DNA from: a virus
Lineage: Duplodnaviria; Heunggongvirae; Uroviricota; Caudoviricetes
Reading direction: 5' to 3' (one strand)
Virus record (IMG/VR): IMGVR_UViG_3300020714_000006
DNA: 64,000 bases
A program made the translations under genes and the position numbers. The notes beneath the pieces were generated by a model, which worked only from the letters and a program-made list of their open reading frames with translations, did not search any database and had not been told where the DNA came from. This document shows, in pieces, positions 19,192-27,716 of this stretch. Position 1 is the first letter of the stretch, and every line of letters begins with the position of its first letter.

Positions 19192-20249
19192 AAAAATTTG
19201 GTAGGGCATTCAATCACTTAGAAGATTTGGTATTCTTCTATGGTTCTGAAGGTGTGCGTGAAGCAATTAAACATATTGAAGAAATATGTGAAGATTCTAG
19301 TTCTGTTAGAATGAAATGGGATGGTGGATTACAAATATACTGGGGACGTGAATATGTTAACGGTCCTTTAATATTAACAGGTCATAATGGCTGGGCACGT
19401 GGCAGTAAATCAACTACTCCTGATGAATTATATGATTTTATAGTAAATCAATCAGGAAAAGACAGAGAAAATGTATCTGAAGAGCGTAAATCGTTTGCTA
19501 ATCATTTTGCAAGTCTATTTCCGCTATTTGATGCAGCCACACCCAGTGATTTTGTTGGTTTTGTGTATGCTGATGCCTTGTATTTGTCTAAACCACCCAT
19601 AGTTGGTGATGAATACAACTTTTATCCCAATCATACTGGTTATATGGTACATAAAGATACTAATTTAGGTAACCGTATTGCTAAATCTGACATATTATTG
19701 GTTGGTCATGCATATTTTGAGGCATTTGGACTTAAAGATGATTATCAGATACCATTAGACAACTTTGATCTATTCAATAATATCGATGAAATAATTATAT
19801 TAAACCCATATTACTCAAAAATAGACGTAAATGTTGATTTAAGAAAAGTAAAACTTATGAATTATCATCATGCAAACTATATAGATAGGTTTATAACCCC
19901 AATTGATGGTGTTAGTGGATTTCGTGATTATATTTACAAATGGGTAAACTACACAATAAAGACACAATCTATTACCTCATTTGACCATTGGGTTAAAAGA
20001 CAAAGTTTTATAAGTGTACACCAACAAAACAAGATACAACAACGAATATTTGATGAACGTAGTGGATATAATGCAATAGTTTCATTAATTTCTCATATAC
20101 GGTTTCTTAAAAATCGCATAATAGACCAACTTGAACAAAATGACTGTGAAGTTAAGGCATATAATCCAGAAGGTTGGGTAAGATATGCAGATGATACCAA
20201 ACAATTTGGAAATATTAAACTTGTACCGAGAGATAAATGGATACCATAG
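19188..20249 (+). CDS. Ligase-like (KxDG) nucleotidyltransferase
   Basis: HLEDL, MKWDG, PEGWV, IKLVPR. Confidence 0.55.
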   Translation: MKKFGRAFNHLEDLVFFYGSEGVREAIKHIEEICEDSSSVRMKWDGGLQIYWGREYVNGPLILTGHNGWARGSKSTTPDELYDFIVNQSGKDRENVSEERKSFANHFASLFPLFDAATPSDFVGFVYADALYLSKPPIVGDEYNFYPNHTGYMVHKDTNLGNRIAKSDILLVGHAYFEAFGLKDDYQIPLDNFDLFNNIDEIIILNPYYSKIDVNVDLRKVKLMNYHHANYIDRFITPIDGVSGFRDYIYKWVNYTIKTQSITSFDHWVKRQSFISVHQQNKIQQRIFDERSGYNAIVSLISHIRFLKNRIIDQLEQNDCEVKAYNPEGWVRYADDTKQFGNIKLVPRDKWIP

Positions 20250-20767
20250 GAATTTCATACGGCAGATTTAACCCACCACATAAAGGGCACGCAGCAGTTT
20301 GGGAACAGGCTGCAAAGTGTGACCAATTTTACATTGGAACTAATCCAAACACAAATGGAAAGAATGATCCAATACCATATGATATTAAAATCCATTTAAT
20401 GGGTTTAATATGTCCAATTATAAAAAATAATATCATTGCAGAACAAAATTTATTCACGTTAGTAACACATATATACAATATACACGGTGAAAATAACGAA
20501 TTACGTGTTTTTACTGACGAGCAATGGTTATTTGATGCATTAATAAAATACAATGGTATCCAAAATACACACGGTTATTATAAATTCAAAAATATCCTTA
20601 ATATTCAAACAGATAGACTATGTTCATCTACATCTTTAAGAAATGCTGTTAAAGAAGGTAATAAATTTTTATTTTATGAAGTATCAGGAATCCCGGAAGA
20701 TACTGAAATAACGATAAATAATAGAATATATAAATTCTTTGATATAATGGAGGAATTTATAATCTAG
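20237..20767 (+). CDS. HIGH-superfamily (cytidylyl/adenylyl) transferase-like protein
   Basis: GRFNPPHKGH; SSTSLR. Confidence 0.8.
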   Translation: MDTIGISYGRFNPPHKGHAAVWEQAAKCDQFYIGTNPNTNGKNDPIPYDIKIHLMGLICPIIKNNIIAEQNLFTLVTHIYNIHGENNELRVFTDEQWLFDALIKYNGIQNTHGYYKFKNILNIQTDRLCSSTSLRNAVKEGNKFLFYEVSGIPEDTEITINNRIYKFFDIMEEFII

Positions 20768-20781
20768 TTAAGGATAACAAT

Positions 20782-21726
20782 ATGAGTAAAAAAGAAAGTT
20801 TAAATCCAAAAGACCTTTTAGAAGGATTACATAGCATTCTTAAAAATAATGGCGAACGCTTAGATGAGAAAGCAGTTTCTAAAAATCAACAACAATTCAT
20901 GGGAATGGTTCATGCAGCTCAGAAAGGTAAAAAAGCTGCTAGTCCAGAAGTTGCAAAAGTTGCAAAGTCAATGGGTAAGAAAGATGTAACAGATTTTGCC
21001 AAAACTAAACATAAAGGTCTTCCTGAAAAAATTAAAAAAGAAGATATGATAGCAGATGAAGAATTATCAATGTTTTCTAGACATAGTGTAGGTAAACGGT
21101 CTGGTGCAGGTCAAGTAGATAATCCTTGGAATCATTTACACAAAAAAGGTAGAGGTTTCAAAGGTCGTACACGAAAAGGTGTCAAAGAAGAATGTGGTGG
21201 AGTTGGGATTGTTGATAAACAAAATTCAACACACGATGTTGGCCCAGGAACACTTCAAAAGAATCTTTCTGCATTTAGTTTAGAAGAAGCTATGATAGAT
21301 ATGTATAATATTATGATACGTGAAGGAAAGGTTAAACCAGATTATTTATATAAACAACTGATGGAAACAGATATACATGCTAATCCTAATGAAATACCAA
21401 CTGATCAAGTAAAATCGTTCAAAGGTGCAGTTAGTATGCCTGGGATTAGTCAAAACAAATCAAATGGTAATGCATATACACAATATAGATTTGGCATAGC
21501 ATTGGCTGGAGCACCAGATTTTCCAACAAAGGCTGCTGGTGCATTTGCCGGAGATCCATTATTAGCTACATATACTGATGAAGAATTAGAAATGGTAAAT
21601 TGTGCTGCTAAAATGGTTGGAGCTGGTCCAGTAAAAAAATTAGGAAACAATCGTAGTACTGAACTTGATAATACCAATACACAAAGTGTTATTGGTCAAG
21701 CAAAGAAAAACAAATACGGTGTTTAA
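20782..21726 (+). CDS. Probable head/internal protein
   Basis: LDEKAVSKNQQQFMGMV...TKHKGLPEK module; several L/I-x-E sites. Confidence 0.6.
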   Translation: MSKKESLNPKDLLEGLHSILKNNGERLDEKAVSKNQQQFMGMVHAAQKGKKAASPEVAKVAKSMGKKDVTDFAKTKHKGLPEKIKKEDMIADEELSMFSRHSVGKRSGAGQVDNPWNHLHKKGRGFKGRTRKGVKEECGGVGIVDKQNSTHDVGPGTLQKNLSAFSLEEAMIDMYNIMIREGKVKPDYLYKQLMETDIHANPNEIPTDQVKSFKGAVSMPGISQNKSNGNAYTQYRFGIALAGAPDFPTKAAGAFAGDPLLATYTDEELEMVNCAAKMVGAGPVKKLGNNRSTELDNTNTQSVIGQAKKNKYGV

Positions 21727-21727
21727 A

Positions 21728-21982
21728 ATGAAACAGTATCGTATAACAACCGCTGATTTTGCACCTCCAAGTGAAGATGATTGCTATTTAGCTCCAGATG
21801 ATCCTATTCATGAACTTAAAGCAGTTGCACAACTGGGTGGATTAGGTGGTGAAGCAGCATTAGCTCAATATAGACAACTGCAACTACCATCTATTGCTGG
21901 AAGTGATAAAGGTAGAATAGCAAGAGAACAAAATATTAAATCAGGAACACCAGAATGGTTTGAACACTTTTTTACTAAATAA
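21728..21982 (+). CDS. Hypothetical protein
   Basis: Start MKQYRIT right after the upstream stop. Confidence 0.7.
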   Translation: MKQYRITTADFAPPSEDDCYLAPDDPIHELKAVAQLGGLGGEAALAQYRQLQLPSIAGSDKGRIAREQNIKSGTPEWFEHFFTK

Positions 21983-22055
21983 AGATGCAGATCACGATAC
22001 TGTAATATCTATCTGCTTTAACATCTTTATGGAGATATCAACATGGATATTTATA
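21975..22055 (-). ncRNA. Endonuclease leader cassette copy 2 (candidate antisense RNA)
   Basis: Sense reading: CTAAATA-aagat-GCAGAT cac GATA ctgtaa TATC t ATCTGC-t-TTAACATCT ttatgg AGATATCAA-c-ATG-ga-TATTTATA. Confidence 0.6.
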
Positions 22056-22765
22056 ATAATTTAGTAAAAGACAAATTTGAACCAACATGGCTATATATTA
22101 AACAACATAATATAACAGGATTAAAATATTTTGGAAGAACTACTAGCAAAGATCCGACAAAATACAAAGGTTCTGGTAAATGGTGGACACGCCATATAAA
22201 AATATATGGTAACGATGTTACTACAATATGGTATCATCTATATACAGAAAAACACGTTATACAAGAAGAAGCAACTGCTTTTTCGGTAAGTCATAATATA
22301 GTAGAATCTAAAGAATGGGCAAATCTAATGATTGAAGATGGTATCAATGGTAGCGTAAAAGGACATTATCGTGGTGAAGTTACTGCTGAAACTAGAAAAA
22401 AACTTTCAGATGCTGCAAAAAGAAGAAAAATAACTTCAATGAGTGGAAAGAAACATTCAGAAGAAACAAAGGAAAAAATTAGACAAGCAATAAAGAACAA
22501 CGGATGTAGATCAGAAATTACAAAATTAAAATTATCGATTGCAAATACTGGTAAGAACTTATCAGAAGAAACTAAGAAGAAAATAAGTCAAGCGTTACAA
22601 GGTAGAAAATGCCCCAAATCAGAAGAACATAGACGTAAAATTTCAGAAACATTAAAACGTAGAAATGCTGATAGAAAAAATGATATTTTTGATGAACCTC
22701 AATCTAATGAAATAAAACATAAAATATTATTAGAAACAAAAATAAATAATGAGAAAAAAATATGA
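22043..22765 (+). CDS. GIY-YIG-like (Seg-type) homing endonuclease with NUMOD3 repeats
   Basis: WLYIKQH...LKYFGRT...YKGSG; KHSEETKEKI repeats. Confidence 0.82.
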   Translation: MDIYNNLVKDKFEPTWLYIKQHNITGLKYFGRTTSKDPTKYKGSGKWWTRHIKIYGNDVTTIWYHLYTEKHVIQEEATAFSVSHNIVESKEWANLMIEDGINGSVKGHYRGEVTAETRKKLSDAAKRRKITSMSGKKHSEETKEKIRQAIKNNGCRSEITKLKLSIANTGKNLSEETKKKISQALQGRKCPKSEEHRRKISETLKRRNADRKNDIFDEPQSNEIKHKILLETKINNEKKI

Positions 22766-23052
22766 GAATATCAGAGATTATAAATGAAACAGCAACGGCT
22801 GGGGCAACAAGTTCTGCCAATATTGCATCTGTGCCAAATCCAAATATTAGTCCTGGAAAAGCTAGAGGTAAAAAATCTTATACAGGTTCACCAGGGCAGA
22901 GTGGAACTAAAGCACCACCACAACCAACAATTAAGCAACCAAAAGATAAAAATGGTGTTGCCAAGAATGCATTAGATATAAAACATACTAGTTTGTTTGG
23001 TGCACCAATGGAAGAAGATATAATAAGCAGTCCAATTATCAAAAGAAGATAA
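22762..23052 (+). CDS. Hypothetical late protein
   Basis: MRISEIINE start; AATAAATA at 22741. Confidence 0.7.
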   Translation: MRISEIINETATAGATSSANIASVPNPNISPGKARGKKSYTGSPGQSGTKAPPQPTIKQPKDKNGVAKNALDIKHTSLFGAPMEEDIISSPIIKRR

Positions 23053-23074
23053 ATATAGGATAACGGAGTTAGAT

Positions 23075-24490
23075 ATGGAAAACGAAATTCAACCTTTAGA
23101 CCCTCAAAATGAACCATCAATGGATGCAACTAATCAACAAGGATTGTTGCCAAATGGTGAAATCGATCATGAAGGTGCTATGGCAAAAGCTGATCTATTT
23201 AAATTAGGTCAATACAGCTACAAATTATTTAAAAAATTAGAAGATGATGATCAACTAGAATCTTGGGTACAAGCTAAAATTACTAAAGCTGCTGATTATA
23301 TTACTAGCGTATATCACTATATGGAATTTGAAATGAAATTCAGTGAATATGGTAAAAAATTAGATGATAGTGATGTTCTTTCAGAAAGTCAGAAGACAGT
23401 AATGAAAAACAAGCTAATGGAAGCTAAATCTAAAATTAGAGATTTAAAACTTGCTGAAGCTAAAAAAACTAATAAAGACCCAGTTGCTAAGAATCTTAAC
23501 AAATTCAATGTTCCTAAAGTTGAAGATGACAAGAAGAAAAAAGAAAAATCAGGTTATAACAAACATAAAAACAAAGATATGCAGTTAGATGAACTAGGCA
23601 AACAAACTATTAATAATTATACGAAGGGAGCGCTTGATGCTTATTCAACAGCTCTTACTCGTGATGCACAACGAGGAGCAGGTAAAAAGTTTAGAAAAGG
23701 TCCTGATTCTGATAAGGATCTTTCAACAATAAACAAAAGAAAAAAAGGATTGCTTAGAGTAACTGGTGAGCATCCAAATGATATGAAAAATCTTAATGAT
23801 TTGACGACTAATTCATCTGCAATTGCAACAGCCAATAAACAAGATATTCCAAACCTAAATCGCGACATAAAAACGGATAAGGCTAGAATACTGACCAGAT
23901 CAAGAGGAACCAGGGTTTCTGGTGACATGTACGAGGCAGGCACACCAAGTGCTGGATTATCAAAAGCTACAAAATCAGCAGTTGTTAAAAAAGCTGAGAA
24001 AGGCGGCGATATTGGTAAACCAGGTAAAAACTTTGAAAAAGTAGCCAAAAAAGCTGGCGGTGGTGAAAAAGGTAAGAGAATTGCAGCAGCCGCAATGTGG
24101 AAAAACATTAAAGAAAATACTGAAATGGCATTTGGAGAAGGTGTTTACGAAGAAGACCAACAGTTAGATGAATTAAATCTTAATCCATGGTCAAAAACTA
24201 AAGATGAAGAACCAAAACGTAGACATACAAAAAAAAATTACAAGGCAGTTGATGCTAGGTTACAAGCTAAAAAAGAGAAAGCAGCAGAAAAACTCGCCGA
24301 TGCTGATGAAAGAGCATTTACCGATCCTAGCGCTGATGATGAAGTATCAAATCAAGCAAAAAAAATTCAGTCTTATGACAAATTACAAAAACGTGCAGCG
24401 GAACATGCCAAAAAAGCAAAATATGAAGATCTAAATGAATCAGCTGATTTAGAACGTATGAAAGAGTTCTTGACTCGCTTAAACGGATAA
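23075..24490 (+). CDS. Probable head/internal protein, highly charged
   Basis: GATAAATA at 23048; LESWVQAKITKA; repeated QLDE/LME/LNE. Confidence 0.65.
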   Translation: MENEIQPLDPQNEPSMDATNQQGLLPNGEIDHEGAMAKADLFKLGQYSYKLFKKLEDDDQLESWVQAKITKAADYITSVYHYMEFEMKFSEYGKKLDDSDVLSESQKTVMKNKLMEAKSKIRDLKLAEAKKTNKDPVAKNLNKFNVPKVEDDKKKKEKSGYNKHKNKDMQLDELGKQTINNYTKGALDAYSTALTRDAQRGAGKKFRKGPDSDKDLSTINKRKKGLLRVTGEHPNDMKNLNDLTTNSSAIATANKQDIPNLNRDIKTDKARILTRSRGTRVSGDMYEAGTPSAGLSKATKSAVVKKAEKGGDIGKPGKNFEKVAKKAGGGEKGKRIAAAAMWKNIKENTEMAFGEGVYEEDQQLDELNLNPWSKTKDEEPKRRHTKKNYKAVDARLQAKKEKAAEKLADADERAFTDPSADDEVSNQAKKIQSYDKLQKRAAEHAKKAKYEDLNESADLERMKEFLTRLNG

Positions 24491-24494
24491 GTCT

Positions 24495-25205
24495 ATGGAT
24501 ATGAAAAAAATTTTACAGGCACTAGATGGTGCTTCATCAATGCCTGTAGAAGGTTCAAATGATATGAAGAAATTTATGTCTATAATCAATGAGGGTGCAA
24601 ACCCTCATAAGGTTGCACTTCCTGTACAAATGGCTATGCAACACTATTCTGAACCTGTCATAAAAGAAAAACCTACACCATCACTGTTTAAACAATATTT
24701 TGCAGAAGCAGAAGAATCTATTCAGAAAGAAAAAGTTGAAAAACGTCAACTAATGAACCAATATGCAAAAATAATTGCAGAGAGGGTTCAGATGAAAGAA
24801 AACTTTAATCGTCTTGCTAGTCCAAATCCTGGATTTAAACCAGGTGCTGGGCCTGGATTACAATCTAATTTACCAAATGGTGGACATCTTAGTTTAGACG
24901 AAGAACCATATGAAAATAAACCAGATGTTATTAAATTAGATATTCCATTAATAATTAGATTGTTTGAATATGCACGTGAAGATGCTAAAACAGATATGGA
25001 TTTACATAATGTAACTGAAATGTTAATTCAATTAAGTGAACATGGTGATACATTGACAATGGATAACTATGATCAAATAGTTGGTGAACAAAAACTATTA
25101 CCAGAACCAACAAATGAATCATGTTGGAAAGATTACAAACAAATAGGAATGAAAAAGAAAGGTAACAAAACCGTGCCTAATTGTGTTCCTAAGGGTAAGA
25201 AATGA
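24495..25205 (+). CDS. Probable head/internal protein
   Basis: C-terminal ESCWKDYKQIGMKKKGNKTVPNCVP module. Confidence 0.65.
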   Translation: MDMKKILQALDGASSMPVEGSNDMKKFMSIINEGANPHKVALPVQMAMQHYSEPVIKEKPTPSLFKQYFAEAEESIQKEKVEKRQLMNQYAKIIAERVQMKENFNRLASPNPGFKPGAGPGLQSNLPNGGHLSLDEEPYENKPDVIKLDIPLIIRLFEYAREDAKTDMDLHNVTEMLIQLSEHGDTLTMDNYDQIVGEQKLLPEPTNESCWKDYKQIGMKKKGNKTVPNCVPKGKK

Positions 25206-25921
25206 AACAAACCAATATCTCAAAAGAATTAATTGAAAGTTTTGGTTATGAATATAATCAACAATTAAATGAATTTAGTTTTACAAACGCTGTTACAAAA
25301 TTAGGTCCTATTGCAAATTATGTATATTTGGTGTGGGAAGCATATACGGAAATAACAAAGTTACCACCATCTTTATCAAAAGAACAATGGAACGAGGCGG
25401 CTACTAGAATTATTGCTAGATTAATTACTGATATTGGGGTATTTTGGGTTGGAACTATATTTGGTGCTATCATAGCTGGCGCTGTTACCGGTGGGCCTGG
25501 TGCAATAATAGGTGCATTGGCAGGTGGATTTGCTTCTCAGTATTATATGGGCGATAAAGCAGAAGAAGTAACTTCAAAAATTCTGGATGCAATATATCCA
25601 GGAAATGATGAAACTAACAATACTGAATATGATAGTTCTGAAGAACAACCCGACAATACTGAATATGATAGTTCTGAAGAACAACCTACTGAATGGCCAA
25701 CTACCGATGCAGAAATTAGAGCATTTCAGGAAAAAAATGGACTAACAGTAGATGGATTGATTGGTAAATATACATATAATGCATTAACAACACAAGCCGG
25801 ATTAACTCCACCTCCTGGGTTTAATTTTGTACCTGATAAAGCAATTGCAAATACTGGTCAATCAGTTTCGGAATCAATTGCACAATTACGTGATATCTTA
25901 GCAACAATCGAAAATAGATAA
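25202..25921 (+). CDS. Gly-zipper/TM protein with a peptidoglycan-binding domain
   Basis: Hydrophobic Gly-rich segment; IRAFQEKNGLTVDGLIGKYT (PG_binding_1-like). Confidence 0.7.
   Translation: MKQTNISKELIESFGYEYNQQLNEFSFTNAVTKLGPIANYVYLVWEAYTEITKLPPSLSKEQWNEAATRIIARLITDIGVFWVGTIFGAIIAGAVTGGPGAIIGALAGGFASQYYMGDKAEEVTSKILDAIYPGNDETNNTEYDSSEEQPDNTEYDSSEEQPTEWPTTDAEIRAFQEKNGLTVDGLIGKYTYNALTTQAGLTPPPGFNFVPDKAIANTGQSVSESIAQLRDILATIENR
25617..25686 (+). repeat. 36-nt tandem duplication (NTEYDSSEEQP x2)
   Basis: 34 identical nt with period 36. Confidence 0.9.
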
Positions 25922-25930
25922 TATCAATAC

Positions 25931-25959
25931 GTGGTGGATTTATTCCACCACAATCTTTT
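25931..25959 (+). terminator. Intrinsic terminator
   Basis: gtggtgga-tttat-tccaccac then aatctttt. Confidence 0.6.
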
Positions 25960-25964
25960 AATCC

Positions 25965-25993
25965 TTGACAAATACGTCAAAATATAATATAAT
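25965..25993 (+). promoter_or_regulatory. sigma70-type early promoter
   Basis: TTGACA-N17-TATAAT. Confidence 0.8.
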
Positions 25994-26026
25994 ATACTTT
26001 TACAACAAACTTAATAAGGAAATAAT

Positions 26027-26281
26027 ATGAGTCGTGCATACGGGCCTGAAGAGGCAAGAAAATTAGAATCATTAATTAAAGAAGGCGGTACAGTAATGCG
26101 TGAAATTGATGATTTACGAGAAAGTTTAAAAGAAACTGTGAAAGCAGTTGCCGAAGAACTGCAAGTAAAACCAGCAGTCATTAATAAAGCTATTAAAATA
26201 GCATATAAAGGTGATTGGTTAAATCACAATGAAGATTGGGAAGAAGTAGAAGCTATTTTAGATATAACTAAAAATATCTAA
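26027..26281 (+). CDS. Small DNA-binding protein (T4 DsbA/GapR-like)
   Basis: 84 aa helical, EIDDLRESLKETVKAVAEEL...INKAIKIAYK; precedes the polymerase. Confidence 0.55.
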   Translation: MSRAYGPEEARKLESLIKEGGTVMREIDDLRESLKETVKAVAEELQVKPAVINKAIKIAYKGDWLNHNEDWEEVEAILDITKNI

Positions 26282-26368
26282 CAAATAACTTTATTGGAAA
26301 GGTAGGCAGGGCCATACTCCGCACATTTTGGTAATTATGAGCCGGAAATCATAAATGGAAAATATAAT

Positions 26369-26539
26369 ATGGAAATTAATAACGATGCAGATTTCAAAAT
26401 CTGCAGCGATTGCCCTAGCTTGCATGATTGTGAAGTATATGGTAGTTGTAAAGTAAAAGAAATGATAACACAAGATGTTGAAACATTGACTGCTTGGATA
26501 AACGACCATAAAGTGGATCGTAATCGAGGTGAGTTATGA
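26369..26539 (+). CDS. 56-aa Cys4 peptide coupled to polB (absent from ORF track)
   Basis: MEINNDADFKICSDCPSLHDCEVYGSCKVKE...GEL*; ATGA overlap with the polB start. Confidence 0.6.
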   Translation: MEINNDADFKICSDCPSLHDCEVYGSCKVKEMITQDVETLTAWINDHKVDRNRGEL

Positions 26540-26925
26540 GTTACGTCGATGCGATCTTTGATCGTGATAGTGATTATATCAAAGTAGTAGAACGAAATAA
26601 ACATGGTAATAGGGAATTTAGAGAGTTCCCAGTTAAACATACCTTTTATTTTGCAGATCAAAAAGGTAAATATCAATCAATTTATGGTACATCAGTTACC
26701 AAAGTTGTTTGTAAGAATACAAGAGACTTTCGTAAAGAAATGTCTGTCAACAACAATAAACAATTATTTGAAGCCGACCTTAATCCAACATTTGTTTGTT
26801 TAAGTGAAAATTATCTTAACCAAGATGCCCCAAAGTTAAATGTAGCTTGGTTTGATATCGAAACTGATATGCAACCATTTGCAGTATCATCACAACATAT
26901 GGTAAAAATAAGAAAAAAACAATAA
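26536..26925 (+). CDS. polB: Family B DNA polymerase, N-terminal fragment (to Exo I)
   Basis: LFEAD...KLNVAWFDIETD, then an 18-aa tail. Confidence 0.85.
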   Translation: MSYVDAIFDRDSDYIKVVERNKHGNREFREFPVKHTFYFADQKGKYQSIYGTSVTKVVCKNTRDFRKEMSVNNNKQLFEADLNPTFVCLSENYLNQDAPKLNVAWFDIETDMQPFAVSSQHMVKIRKKQ

Positions 26926-26975
26926 TTGTTTGATATTGAAGTAATATTGATAAATAAATTATAGGAGATCTTACT

Positions 26976-27716
26976 ATGAATTATTTAAGAATATATAATG
27001 ATATAATTAATACAGCACAATTACAACAAAGAACTAAAAATATACAGTTAGAAAAACACCATATAATACCACGTAGCTGCGGTGGCAATGATAACGAAAC
27101 AAATACAGTATTATTAACTACTCGTGAACATTTCATATGTCATTTATTACTAGTTAAAATTTATAAAGACACCCCCATATTTTATAAAAAAATGATATAT
27201 GCATTATGGTGGATGTCAAAAACTAGAAATGGATACAATAATTATCGTGTAAATAGCCATACATATGCCGCCGCACGGGTTAATTTTGTTGAACATAATC
27301 CAAATAAATGTCTAGAACGGAAACAAAAGTTTTTAGAAAATCATAAAGCTGGTCTTTACAAATATGATTATAATATAGTAAGTAATTCATTAAAATCTAC
27401 ATTATCTTTGATGTCAACAGAAGAAATAAAATTACGTATGAAAAATTCAGTTCAAAAATGTGATCATATAAAACGTGGTATTTCTATAAAAAAGGGAAAA
27501 AGTTCTACTTTTTTATTGACAACTACTGATAATCAGACAATTGAGTTCACATCTTACGATGACGTAATGTCTATAACTGGATACACATATAGACAATTAA
27601 AGTATAGATTAACTCATTATAATGGTTTATTATCTAATGGATGTGTTGTAACGTGTATTTCAAAATATCGAGGGAACGATGGAAATATTGGAAGAAAGAG
27701 AAATAACAGTATTTGA
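26976..27716 (+). CDS. MobE-like HNH homing endonuclease splitting polB
   Basis: EKHHIIPRSCGG.D...N.VLLT.REHFICHLLL; GATAAATA at 26949 plus AGGAG. Confidence 0.85.
   Translation: MNYLRIYNDIINTAQLQQRTKNIQLEKHHIIPRSCGGNDNETNTVLLTTREHFICHLLLVKIYKDTPIFYKKMIYALWWMSKTRNGYNNYRVNSHTYAAARVNFVEHNPNKCLERKQKFLENHKAGLYKYDYNIVSNSLKSTLSLMSTEEIKLRMKNSVQKCDHIKRGISIKKGKSSTFLLTTTDNQTIEFTSYDDVMSITGYTYRQLKYRLTHYNGLLSNGCVVTCISKYRGNDGNIGRKRNNSI

Noticed and set aside
21987-22016. tRNA-Tyr-like anticodon arm (GCAGA..CTGTAA..TCTGC)
   Set aside because: No D or T arms or acceptor stem; it is hairpin B of the cassette and other copies have different loops. No tRNA gene was seen in the window.
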